From an uncultured bacterium (GTDB taxonomy: Bacteria > Verrucomicrobiota > Verrucomicrobiia > Limisphaerales > UBA8199), in NCBI GenBank assembly GCA_963749495.1, contig CAVVMW010000001.1, positions 288,001-352,000 of the forward strand: a DNA stretch of 64,000 nucleotides. The letters are read 5' to 3'. The notes below the pieces were generated by a model, which was given only the letters and a program-made list of their open reading frames with translations, did not search any database and was not told the origin of the DNA. Of the stretch, positions 17,527 to 26,020 are shown piece by piece. How positions within the stretch are numbered: position 1 is the stretch's first letter; each line of letters starts with the position of its first letter. The position numbers and the translations under genes were made by a program.

Positions 17527-19422
17527 TCACTGTGTCTTGCCCAGGGCGTCGGCCGTTTTCACGGCGGCCGAGTCGGTTAAGGCGGGCTCCTCGGCGCGGT
17601 CGGGGGGGATGCCCAGGTAATTGGCGACCCGCTCGGCAACCTGTTTGAAGATCGGAGCGGCAACTTGGCCCGCATAGTAGCCGTGTTTGGGTTCATCCAG
17701 GGTGATCGAGATGCACAACTGGGGATTGTCTGCCGGGAAAAAGCCCGCGAACGACGAAAAGTGCTTTACGTGAGAATAGAGGCCGTGGTCAACCTTTTGG
17801 GCCGTGCCGGTCTTGCCGGCGACGGTGTAGTGCTCGAGGGCGGCCTTGGGGGCGGTGCCTTCGGGGGAGACAACGGTCTTGAGGGCGGTGATCATCTGCT
17901 TTACGGCGGCGGGGGTGATGACCTGGCGGACTGGCTGGGGGGTGTATTTGAAGACGACGTTGTGGTGGTGGTCTTCGAGGCGGTCCACCAGCATCGGGCG
18001 CATGAGCAGGCCCTCATTGGCGATGGCGCACAGGGCCATCGTCATCTGGAGGCGGGTCATCGAGATGCCCTGGCCCATCGGTATCTGCGCAATCGAGACC
18101 TTGCTCCACTCCTTGACCGGGTGCACGTTCTTGCGCGCGCTGACCTCGCCCGGCAACGGCACGCGGGTCGGGGCGCCAAAACCAAATCGCTGGATGTAAT
18201 CATACAGGCGGGCCTCGCCCATCTTGATGCCGATCTGCGCCGCCCCGATATTCGAGGACTTGGTGATGATCTGCTCCACGGTGAGGTCGTCAAAAAAATC
18301 GTGGTCGTGCAAGGTGCGGCCGGCGTAAAGGAAGGCCCCGTGCTTGCAATCGAAGACATCGGTCAGCCGCACGATGCCGTCGTTGAGCGCCCCGGAAACC
18401 ACGACGAACTTGAAGATGGACCCCGGCTCCAGGATGTCGGCAATGACGCGGTTGCGCCGGGCGTCGGCCGGGACGGCCCCGGGGTTGTTCGGATTGTAGG
18501 TCGGCAGCGTCGCCATGGCCAGAATCTCGCCCGTGCGCGGACGAACCACAATGCCCGTAACGCTGATCGGCGCGTGCTTTTCCATCCCTTCGGCCAGGGC
18601 CGTCTCCAGGATTTGCTGGATGACCGAGTCAATCGTCAGGACCACATTCCGGCCGTCTTCAGGCTCGATGTTCTGTTCGCGCCATTGCACCAACTCCCGG
18701 CGGGCGGGATCGATCTCGGTCAACCGCCAGCCCCGCACGCCCGCCAGCGCCGCGTCGAAGAACCGTTCCACGCCATCCTGGCCGACGATCTCATTGACGG
18801 AGGTTTCCTCCACGTCCCGGGGTTCGGAGGTGGCATAGCCCAGGACGTGGGCGGCCAGCGTCTGATACGGATAGACTCGCAGCGAATCGTCCTCGGCGGC
18901 AATGGCCTGGGTGCGCAGATTTCGCAGGAAGATTTTTTCGGAGCCTGTCAGGTTGGTCCCGTTGCCCCCAAAACTCAGCGTGCTCATCGCATTGCGGATC
19001 CGCTCCCACGTCTCGGCCTTGACCTTGCGTTTGAGTTGGACGCACTGGTTGGTGACGACCTTGCCCTGGTCGTTGATGTGGGTGCGGGGGAGCAGGCGCT
19101 GGCAAAGACTGGCCTCGTTTTCCTCGAGCAAGGGTGCCAGGAGGCGGGCGACTTCCGCCTGGTGCGGGCTGATGAGCGGCGGGTAGGCGCACACGGTCTT
19201 GACCAGTTCGCTTGTGACCAGGACATTGCCCCGGGCGTCCAGGATGTCGCCGCGCCGCGGCTCCAGCAGGAACCGCCGCAGCGTGTTGCGCTGGGCCTTG
19301 TCGCTGAACTCGTCGTGGCGCAAGACCTGGAGGTCCACAAGGCGATAGCCCAGTCCGCCGAAGGCCAGCGTCAGCAGCACGCCCAGCGCGACCAGCCTCC
19401 GCAATTGCAGCCGTTTACTCAT
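17527..19422 (-). CDS. ftsI: Class B penicillin-binding protein FtsI/PBP3
   Basis: PRRGDILD, EPGSIFK (SxxK), KSSN (SxN), AGKTGTAQK (KTG). Confidence 0.93.
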   Translation of the reverse strand: MSKRLQLRRLVALGVLLTLAFGGLGYRLVDLQVLRHDEFSDKAQRNTLRRFLLEPRRGDILDARGNVLVTSELVKTVCAYPPLISPHQAEVARLLAPLLEENEASLCQRLLPRTHINDQGKVVTNQCVQLKRKVKAETWERIRNAMSTLSFGGNGTNLTGSEKIFLRNLRTQAIAAEDDSLRVYPYQTLAAHVLGYATSEPRDVEETSVNEIVGQDGVERFFDAALAGVRGWRLTEIDPARRELVQWREQNIEPEDGRNVVLTIDSVIQQILETALAEGMEKHAPISVTGIVVRPRTGEILAMATLPTYNPNNPGAVPADARRNRVIADILEPGSIFKFVVVSGALNDGIVRLTDVFDCKHGAFLYAGRTLHDHDFFDDLTVEQIITKSSNIGAAQIGIKMGEARLYDYIQRFGFGAPTRVPLPGEVSARKNVHPVKEWSKVSIAQIPMGQGISMTRLQMTMALCAIANEGLLMRPMLVDRLEDHHHNVVFKYTPQPVRQVITPAAVKQMITALKTVVSPEGTAPKAALEHYTVAGKTGTAQKVDHGLYSHVKHFSSFAGFFPADNPQLCISITLDEPKHGYYAGQVAAPIFKQVAERVANYLGIPPDRAEEPALTDSAAVKTADALGKTQ

Positions 19423-19435
19423 GGCAAATCTGCCG

Positions 19436-19594
19436 GCCGCCCGCGGCGATCGGTTCCTCATCCGACGGCGTCACGGGCGGCCGCAAAAGCATTTGTGTTG
19501 TGGGCAACACGTGTTGCACGGTCAGCGGCCGGCTTGCCAGCCGCCCGCGGCGATCGGTTCCTCATCCGATGGCGTCACGGGCGGCGGCAAAAAG
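19436..19594. repeat. Two ~50-bp direct-repeat hairpins between ftsL and ftsI
   Basis: GCCGCCCGCGGCGATCGGTTCCTCATCCGA(C/T)GGCGTCACGGGCGGC at about 19436 and 19540. Confidence 0.8.
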
Positions 19595-19598
19595 CCGG

Positions 19599-20054
19599 TC
19601 AACGGCTCGTCAACTCCTGGGCGCGCGGGGCCTGGGCCGGACGAGGGTTGCTGTTGTTGTTCGAGTTAGTATCATTGCCAAAGCTGTTATTGTTGTGCGC
19701 GGAGAGCTGCGGTTCGCGCCAGGCTGGGGGCCACTGGCGCGGCGGTTCGGGCAGGTGCCAGAGCTGGGCGGGCTGCGGCTGCGACAGGCCCAGGTTCAGC
19801 TCCTTGATTCGCGCCTCCAGGTAGTCAACCGTGCACAGGCCGGCCAGCAGCCGCTTGCGGTTTTCATTCTCATCGAGAATCCGCGCCAGCCGCACTCCCC
19901 GCTCATCGATCTGCCGGCTCAGCCGGTCGATCTGTTCCTTCTGCCAGACGTATCCCACCCCCGAGCCGCCCACCAACAGGCAAAGCACGAGCGCCTTGCC
20001 CAGGGCCGAGCCCAGGCGAATTGCCGACCTGCCATTTTTGCGATTCCGTGCCAT
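19599..20054 (-). CDS. ftsL: Probable cell division protein FtsL
   Basis: Basic N-terminus, single TM, coiled coil ending LEARIKELNLGL..P; between rsmH and ftsI. Confidence 0.7.
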   Translation of the reverse strand: MARNRKNGRSAIRLGSALGKALVLCLLVGGSGVGYVWQKEQIDRLSRQIDERGVRLARILDENENRKRLLAGLCTVDYLEARIKELNLGLSQPQPAQLWHLPEPPRQWPPAWREPQLSAHNNNSFGNDTNSNNNSNPRPAQAPRAQELTSR

Positions 20055-20103
20055 CTGACTTCGCTGCGTTGCAGTCCAGTTAAACCGCCAAATCCAAGCT
20101 CAA

Positions 20104-20250
20104 CGGTTCAGGGTTCAGGGTTCAGGGTTCAGGGTTTAGGGTTTAGGGTTCACGTTTCACGTTTCAGGGTTCACGTTTCACGTTTCACGTTTCACGTTTC
20201 ACGTTTCACGGTTCACGTTTCACAATTCACAGTTCACGCTTCACGTTTCA
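20104..20250. repeat. Long heptamer microsatellite (TTCAGGG grading into TTCACGT)
   Basis: About 20 tandem 7-mers. Confidence 0.9.
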
Positions 20251-20276
20251 GTCCAGTTACACTGCTCAATCCAAGC

Positions 20277-21206
20277 TCACATCTTCTGCATCACCCGCAG
20301 TTGGGCGCTGCGGCTGCGCGGGTTGTCCGCCAGTTCCGCCGCGCCGGGCCTCAGTGCCTTGCGCGTGAGCACGTCGAGCTGCGGCGCCCGCGGCCGCCGT
20401 AACTCCGGCACGTCCACCGGGCCCGCGACCGCATAGTCCCTCGACTTGGCCCGCCCAAATCCCTTGACCATGCGGTCTTCCAGCGAATGAAACGTGATGA
20501 CCGCCAGCCGCCCGCCAGGCTTCAAAACGCCGAACGCCGCTTCCAGGCCCCGTTCCAGGCAACCCAGTTCATCGTTGACGGCGATGCGCAGGGCCTGGAA
20601 CACGCGCGTGGCCGGGTGCGTCTTGCTCCCCCGGCGCGGGGCGGCTTCTTGGATCAACGCCGCCAATGCGCCGGTGGTCCGCAGGGGGCCATCCTGGCGG
20701 CGCCCAACAATCGCCCGCGCAATGCGCCGCGCCTGCCGCTCCCCGCCCAGTTCCCAAAAGAGCCTGGCCAGTTCCTCCGCATCCGCGGAGTTCACCAACT
20801 CGGCTGCCGTCGGGCCCTGCCGCGTGTCCATCCGCATATCCAGCGGGCCGTCCTGCAGGAAACTGAATCCACGTTCCGGCCGGTCCAACTGCGGCGAACT
20901 GGCGCCCAGGTCCAGCAAAACCCCATCGCAACTGTCCGCCTCGACCCAGGCGCCCAAGTCCGCAAAGTTGGCCTGCCGCAACTCGAACCGGCCTTCAAAC
21001 GGGGCCAATCGCCACCCGGCCGCCGCAACCGCCGCCGCATCCCGATCGCACCCGTGCAACCATCCGTTCGGCGAACTGGCCGCCAAAACCGCTGCCGCAT
21101 GCCCGCCCCCGCCGAGGGTCCCGTCCACATACCGGCCCCCGGCCCGCGGCTGCAGGGCGGCCAACACTTCCGTCACCAACACCGGCTTGTGAACGAAATC
21201 CGGCAC
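20277..21206 (-). CDS. rsmH: 16S rRNA m4C1402 methyltransferase RsmH
   Basis: HKPVL, DGTLGGGGH, DLGASSPQLD..RGFSF..DGPLDMRMD, HPATRVFQALRIAVNDEL, FHSLEDR, NPRSRSAQLR; GTG start inferred. Confidence 0.96.
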   Translation of the reverse strand: MPDFVHKPVLVTEVLAALQPRAGGRYVDGTLGGGGHAAAVLAASSPNGWLHGCDRDAAAVAAAGWRLAPFEGRFELRQANFADLGAWVEADSCDGVLLDLGASSPQLDRPERGFSFLQDGPLDMRMDTRQGPTAAELVNSADAEELARLFWELGGERQARRIARAIVGRRQDGPLRTTGALAALIQEAAPRRGSKTHPATRVFQALRIAVNDELGCLERGLEAAFGVLKPGGRLAVITFHSLEDRMVKGFGRAKSRDYAVAGPVDVPELRRPRAPQLDVLTRKALRPGAAELADNPRSRSAQLRVMQKM

Positions 21207-21212
21207 CCCGCA

Positions 21213-21280
21213 CTTCGCATTCCGCTCTCCGCATTTCGTCATTCGTCATCCGGCATTCGTCATTCGGCATCCGGCACCCC
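21213..21280. repeat. Heptamer microsatellite (CATTCGT/CATCCGG)
   Basis: Tandem 7-mers upstream of rsmH. Confidence 0.7.
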
Positions 21281-21298
21281 GCATCCCCTCCGTCCCGG

Positions 21299-21886
21299 TC
21301 AAGTCCGATGGGGGCCCAGCAGCCCTGCTGGCTCCCCGGTCCGGGCCGCTTCCAGGTCGCACGACAGGCTCTCTTCCAAGCCCGGCAATGAAGGGCTTGC
21401 CTTTGCCGGCTGCGGCCTGCTGCGTTGCTCACACTGCGATTCCGCATCGCTCAAATCGTTGCGCACGACCTTCACCCGATCCAAGGTGAGTTCTCCCTGG
21501 ACCGGCAGGCGGTCGAAGCGCGGGAGGGCCGATTGCCCCGGCTCGGACCCTGCCCGGACCCACAGCCTGCCCAGTCGGCCTGTCAGCCAGCGCCGCGCGC
21601 GACCCAAACCGGTCTGCCGGGCATCCGGCGCCGATGCCGCAGCCGACGACCCCGTCCCTGCTGTTTCCGAAAGGGCCTGCCCCGTCCCGGCCGCCGGCGC
21701 TCGCCCCGATGGCCCGCCATCTCTGCCGGGCGCCGGCACACGCCTCACCGCCGCGCTGTGCCAGTGCTTCTCGGCGCCGAACCTGGGCAACACGCGTTGG
21801 TCCATGAACCGATAAGGGCTCTCCTGGCCCTTCAAGCCAATCACGCTCCTTCCAGCGGCAAGCAGTCTGACCAGCTTCATAATCAT
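21299..21886 (-). CDS. Hypothetical protein between mraZ and rsmH
   Basis: ATGA overlap with the mraZ stop; protein-like blocks MKLVRLLAAGRS..SPYR..LPRFG and VQGELTLDRVKVVRNDLSD. Confidence 0.65.
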   Translation of the reverse strand: MIMKLVRLLAAGRSVIGLKGQESPYRFMDQRVLPRFGAEKHWHSAAVRRVPAPGRDGGPSGRAPAAGTGQALSETAGTGSSAAASAPDARQTGLGRARRWLTGRLGRLWVRAGSEPGQSALPRFDRLPVQGELTLDRVKVVRNDLSDAESQCEQRSRPQPAKASPSLPGLEESLSCDLEAARTGEPAGLLGPHRT

Positions 21887-22347
21887 CCAACCAGTCTAAG
21901 GGCGGCAGGCGCCATGATGGCGTCGGCCATCTTCATCTTTTCCAATCGCTCGGGGTTCCAGACCTCGAACCGATCCAGCACTCCGACCAAAACCGCTTCA
22001 TTGGTGATGCCGGCTTTCTCCATCATCTCCTCCGGCAGACACATCCGGCCCGACTTGTCCAGCGTCGCCCCATCCGAACCACCGCCGATGATGCGCTTGA
22101 GCGTGGACTTTTCGTCCCCGTTGGGCATCTGCTCGATGTCCCGCATCAACTTGGCCATCTGGCTGGGCGGCAACACACGCAAATAAGCCCCGCCTGTGGA
22201 GATGGGCCAAAGGGTGATTGTGAACTCCGTTCCGGCTTTCTTGGGCCTCCACCTTGCAGGAATCTGGATGCGCCTCTTCTCATCGACACCGTGCCGGTAG
22301 GACGAGGTGTAATAGGTCGTCGACTCGATTGCCGTTACAGATTCCAT
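21883..22347 (-). CDS. mraZ: Transcriptional regulator MraZ
   Basis: Two SpoVT/AbrB repeats: HGVDEKRRIQIPARWR and LDKSGRMCLP; VGVLDRFEVW. Confidence 0.93.
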   Translation of the reverse strand: MESVTAIESTTYYTSSYRHGVDEKRRIQIPARWRPKKAGTEFTITLWPISTGGAYLRVLPPSQMAKLMRDIEQMPNGDEKSTLKRIIGGGSDGATLDKSGRMCLPEEMMEKAGITNEAVLVGVLDRFEVWNPERLEKMKMADAIMAPAALRLVG

Positions 22348-22393
22348 TACTTACTCGCAGCGGGACCCGTCGGGGACCGTCATGCATTTTCGC

Positions 22394-22437
22394 CCCACTG
22401 CGACCCACTTTTTGCCACTTTCTCCCACGGATGTCAA
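22394..22437 (-). promoter_or_regulatory. dcw promoter: -35 TTGACA followed by four 10-bp-spaced GTGG(G/C) MraZ boxes
   Basis: Minus strand reads TTGACAtccGTGGGagaaaGTGGCaaaaaGTGGGtcgcaGTGGG. Confidence 0.85.
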
Positions 22438-22464
22438 CTCTTTTCCGCTCGAGTTACTCGAAAG

Positions 22465-22473
22465 TTATTCACA
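22465..22473 (+). promoter_or_regulatory. Possible DnaA box upstream of the dcw promoter
   Basis: TTATTCACA matches TTATNCACA; single box only. Confidence 0.35.
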
Positions 22474-22705
22474 AGGCCCGCCTTGCCCTGGCTCAGTGCC
22501 CTGCCTTCTCCCACGGTTAACGTTATAGCCCCGCCAGGCATGACCCGGAGCGTCAGAGTCTCGGAGCGTTGCAGAACGGCCTCCATCACGCTGCGTCGCG
22601 CATCCCGATTTTGCCCCCGGAGCCCTTCTAAACGCCCAAACCGTGGAGCAAATTCAACAACGACGCCACCGCCAACACGTCGGCCGTTCTGGACCGCCTG
22701 CTCGA

Positions 22706-23950
22706 TAGCGGTGCCCGATGGTAGCCGTGGACTTCCAGTCCACGGACCCATGGCCCGAGCTCAACCGCGTCGCGTAGCGACGCCTGAAAACTGCGGAGCT
22801 GTCAGGCGTCGCTACGCGACGCGTGACCATGCCCACGCGCCGCACTGCGGACCGAGGTCCACGGCTACCTTCACTGCGTCGCTCCGCGACGCGCACGCTG
22901 CCCCTGGCTCACCGCGTAGCGGTGCCCGATGGTAGCCGTGGACTTCCAGTCCACGGACCCATGGCCCAAGCTCAACCGCGTCGCGTAGCGACGCCTGAAA
23001 ACTGCGGAGCTGTCAGGCGTCGCTACGCGACGCGTGACCATGCCCACGCGCCGCACCGTGGACCGAGGTCCACGGCTACCTTCACTGCGTCGCTCCGCGA
23101 CGCGCACGCTACCCCTGGCTCACCGCGTAGCGGTGCCCGATGGTAGCCGTGGACTTCCAGTCCACGGACCCATGGCCCGAGCTCGACCGCGTCGCGTAGC
23201 GACGCCTGAAAACTGCGGAGCTGTCAGGCGTCGCTACGCAACGCGTGACCGTTCCCACGCCCCGAACCGTGGAACGAGGTCCACGGCTACCTTCACTGCG
23301 TCGCTCCGCGACGCGCACGCTACCCCTGGCTCACCGCGTAGCGGTGCCCGATGGTAGCCGTGGACTTCCAGTCCACGGACCCATGGCCCAAGCTCGACCG
23401 CGCCGCGTAGCGGCGCCTGAAAACAGCGGAGCTGTCAGGCGTCGCTACGCGACGCGTGACCGTTCCCACGCCCCGAACCGTGGACCGAGGTCCACGGCTG
23501 CCTTCACTGCGTCACTCCGCGACGCGCACGCTACCCCTGGCTCACCGCGTAGCGGTGCCCGATGGTAGCCGTGGACTTCCAGTCCACGGACCCATGGCCC
23601 AAGCTCGACCGCGCCGCGTAGCGGCGCCTGAAAACTGCGGGGCTGTCAGGCGTCGCTACGCAACGCGTGACCGTTCCCACGCCCCGAACCGTGGACCGAG
23701 GTCCACGGCTACCTTCACTGCGTCACTCCGCGACGCGCACGCTACCCCTGGCTCACCGCGTAGCGGTGCCCGATGGTAGCCGTGGACTTCCAGTCCACGG
23801 ACCCATGGCCCAAGCTCGACCGCGCCGCGTAGCGGCGCCTGAAAACTGCGGGGCTGTCAGGCGTCGCTACGCGACGCGTGACCATTCGCACGCGCCGCAC
23901 CGTGGACCGAGGTCCACGGCTACCTTCACTGCGTCGCTCCGCGACGCGCG
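22706..23950. repeat. Tandem array of six 211-bp nested-palindrome (REPIN/BIME-like) units
   Basis: Unit start TAGCGGTGCCCGATGGTAGCC at 22706, 22917, 23128, 23339, 23550 and 23761; last unit slightly truncated. Confidence 0.95.
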
Positions 23951-24054
23951 CGCTACGTCCGGCGCGCCTTGCAGGCCTTCGGCCCTGGGGCGCAGAAAAC
24001 CCTTCGTGGCGCAGAGGGGTTGGATTATTGTATTGAGACGCCGTACAGGAGAAC

Positions 24055-25131
24055 ATGCGCACTGCGGACTTTGATTTTGAATTGCCGGGGGAGTTGATCG
24101 CGCAGGAGCCTGCGCGGGAGCGCGATCAATCGCGGTTGCTGGTGCTGCGGCGGCGTAGCGGCGAGGTCGAGCACCGGCAGTTTCGGGACTTGGCGGACTA
24201 CCTGCAGGGCGGCAACGTGCTGGTGCTGAACGATTCGCGGGTCATTCCGGCGAGGCTCCACGGGGTCAATCGGCAGACGGGCGGGCGCTTCGAGATCCTG
24301 TTGCTGGAGGAGAACGCCACCAACGATTGGTGGGTGATGCTGCGGCCCGGCAGGCGGGCCAGGGCGGGGACGGAGATTGAGCTGCGGGGTGCGCCGGGGC
24401 GGCCGGGCGAGGCGCGGGCACGGGTGGCGGAGACGAACGACGAGGGCCATCGGCGCCTCTGTTTTTCGGGCGTGCCTGACATCGCCCAGGCGCTGTATGT
24501 GTGGGGCGAGGTCCCGCTGCCCCCCTACATCAATCGCCCGGCAGCGGGTCCGACTCAAGAGGACCGGGAGCGTTACCAGACGGTCTTCGCGCGCCTGCCG
24601 GGCTCGGTGGCCGCTCCCACGGCGGGGCTGCACTTCACCGAGGCGCTCCTCGGGGCCTTGCGCTCCAAGGGTGTGCGAGTTTGTTTTGTGACGCTTCACG
24701 TGGGCCTCGGGACGTTTGCGCCGGTCAAGTCGGAGACGTTGGCGGGCCACCGGATGCACCAGGAGCGCTACGAGGTTGGCGCCGAGACCGCCCGCGCGAT
24801 TGCAGAGGCCAAACGCGCCGGACGCCGCGTGCTCGCCGCCGGGACCACCACGGTCCGCGCCCTCGAAAGTGTGGCCGCGCAACACAATGGCCGGGTCGAG
24901 GCCAGCGCCGGCCGGACCGGGCTCTTCATCTACCCGCCCTGGAATTTCCGGGCGGTGGACGCGCTCTTGACGAATTTTCACTTGCCGCGTTCGACGCTGC
25001 TGATGCTAGTGAGCGCCTTTGCCGCGCCCAATGAAACGCGCGGGCGCCAACTCATTCTCTCGGCCTACGCGGCGGCGGTGCGCGAGCGATACCGTTTTTT
25101 CAGCTATGGCGATGCGATGCTCATCCTGTGA
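24055..25131 (+). CDS. queA: S-adenosylmethionine:tRNA ribosyltransferase-isomerase
   Basis: DFDFELP.ELIAQ.P, LPPYI, YQTVF, GSVAAPTAGLHFT, LHVGLGTF, TNFHLPRSTL, YRFFSYGDAM; AGGAG RBS. Confidence 0.97.
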   Translation: MRTADFDFELPGELIAQEPARERDQSRLLVLRRRSGEVEHRQFRDLADYLQGGNVLVLNDSRVIPARLHGVNRQTGGRFEILLLEENATNDWWVMLRPGRRARAGTEIELRGAPGRPGEARARVAETNDEGHRRLCFSGVPDIAQALYVWGEVPLPPYINRPAAGPTQEDRERYQTVFARLPGSVAAPTAGLHFTEALLGALRSKGVRVCFVTLHVGLGTFAPVKSETLAGHRMHQERYEVGAETARAIAEAKRAGRRVLAAGTTTVRALESVAAQHNGRVEASAGRTGLFIYPPWNFRAVDALLTNFHLPRSTLLMLVSAFAAPNETRGRQLILSAYAAAVRERYRFFSYGDAMLIL

Positions 25132-25870
25132 CGCGGGCGCGCGGCCGTTCGTATTCGTCAACATGGCGATGACGGCCGACGGCAAGATAGCGACGGCGAA
25201 CCGGAAGGTCTGCTCGTTCAGCAGCCGGCGCGACCGGCAGCACCTGATGGAGCTGCGGACGCGGGCCGACGCGGTGATGGCCGGGGCGCGGACAGTGGAT
25301 TTGAACCCGGTGACGCTCGGGCCGGGCGGGAGCGCCTGGCGGCGGCGGCGTTTGCGGGGCGGGCGGGCCGAATACAACCTGCGCGTGGTGGTGAGCGGCT
25401 CGGGCACGCTCAATCCCCGCGCCGCTGTCTTCGGCGCGAAATTCTCGCCGCTGATCGTCCTTGCCAGCGGGGTGGCGCCCAAGGGGCGGCTGGAGCGATT
25501 GCGGCGGCTGGGCGGCGTGGTGAAGGTGTGCGGGAGGCGGGAAGTGGATTTTGGCGCCGCCCTGCGTTGGCTGCGCCGGGTCTGGGGGGTCAGGCGGCTG
25601 CTCTGCGAGGGCGGGGGGGAGTTGAACGATGCGCTGTTCCGGGCCGGGCTGGTGGACGAACTGCACCTTACCATCTGCCCGAAGGTCTTCGGGGGAAAGC
25701 ACGCGCCCACGATCGCGGACGGCCTCGGCATGGGCGCCTTGGCCAGGGCCGCGCAGCTTCGGCTCAAGTCGGCCCGGCGCGCCGGCGGCGAACTCTTCCT
25801 GGTCTATCGCGTGGCGCGAGGCGCCTCGGCGGGGCGCAGCCTCACAGTACCACCGGAGCGCGGACTTTAG
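25112..25870 (+). CDS. RibD C-terminal-domain (pyrimidine reductase/DHFR-like) protein
   Basis: RPFVFVNMAMTADGKI, R..ADAVMAGART, LLCEGGGELN..LVDELHL..P...GG; start uncertain. Confidence 0.85.
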   Translation: MRCSSCDAGARPFVFVNMAMTADGKIATANRKVCSFSSRRDRQHLMELRTRADAVMAGARTVDLNPVTLGPGGSAWRRRRLRGGRAEYNLRVVVSGSGTLNPRAAVFGAKFSPLIVLASGVAPKGRLERLRRLGGVVKVCGRREVDFGAALRWLRRVWGVRRLLCEGGGELNDALFRAGLVDELHLTICPKVFGGKHAPTIADGLGMGALARAAQLRLKSARRAGGELFLVYRVARGASAGRSLTVPPERGL

Positions 25871-26020
25871 TCCGCTTAGACCGCCCGAAAACCACCCCAG
25901 GCCCAACCTGGCTGGGGCGGAAAGGGGTCGGCCAATGAGATTGTCATATTAGCCCCTCGATGAGAATAGTACATTCTCATTGACTGACTCCTTTACGATT
26001 CCCAGACGGGTAGCGGCATA

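Noticed and set aside
19436..19594. Hammerhead ribozyme (GATGAG..GAA-like core)
   Set aside because: CUGAUGA and GAAA core nucleotides and the three-stem topology are not present
17665..19824. Long antisense ORFs (e.g. 17665-19824, 36005-38440, 44311-46242, 15330-16901)
   Set aside because: Shadows of well-supported genes on the opposite strand in high-GC DNA
22706..23950. CRISPR array or repeated 107-aa ORFs
   Set aside because: Units are 211 bp and near-identical with no unique spacers and no cas genes; the ORFs are by-products of a GC-rich repeat whose length is not a multiple of 3
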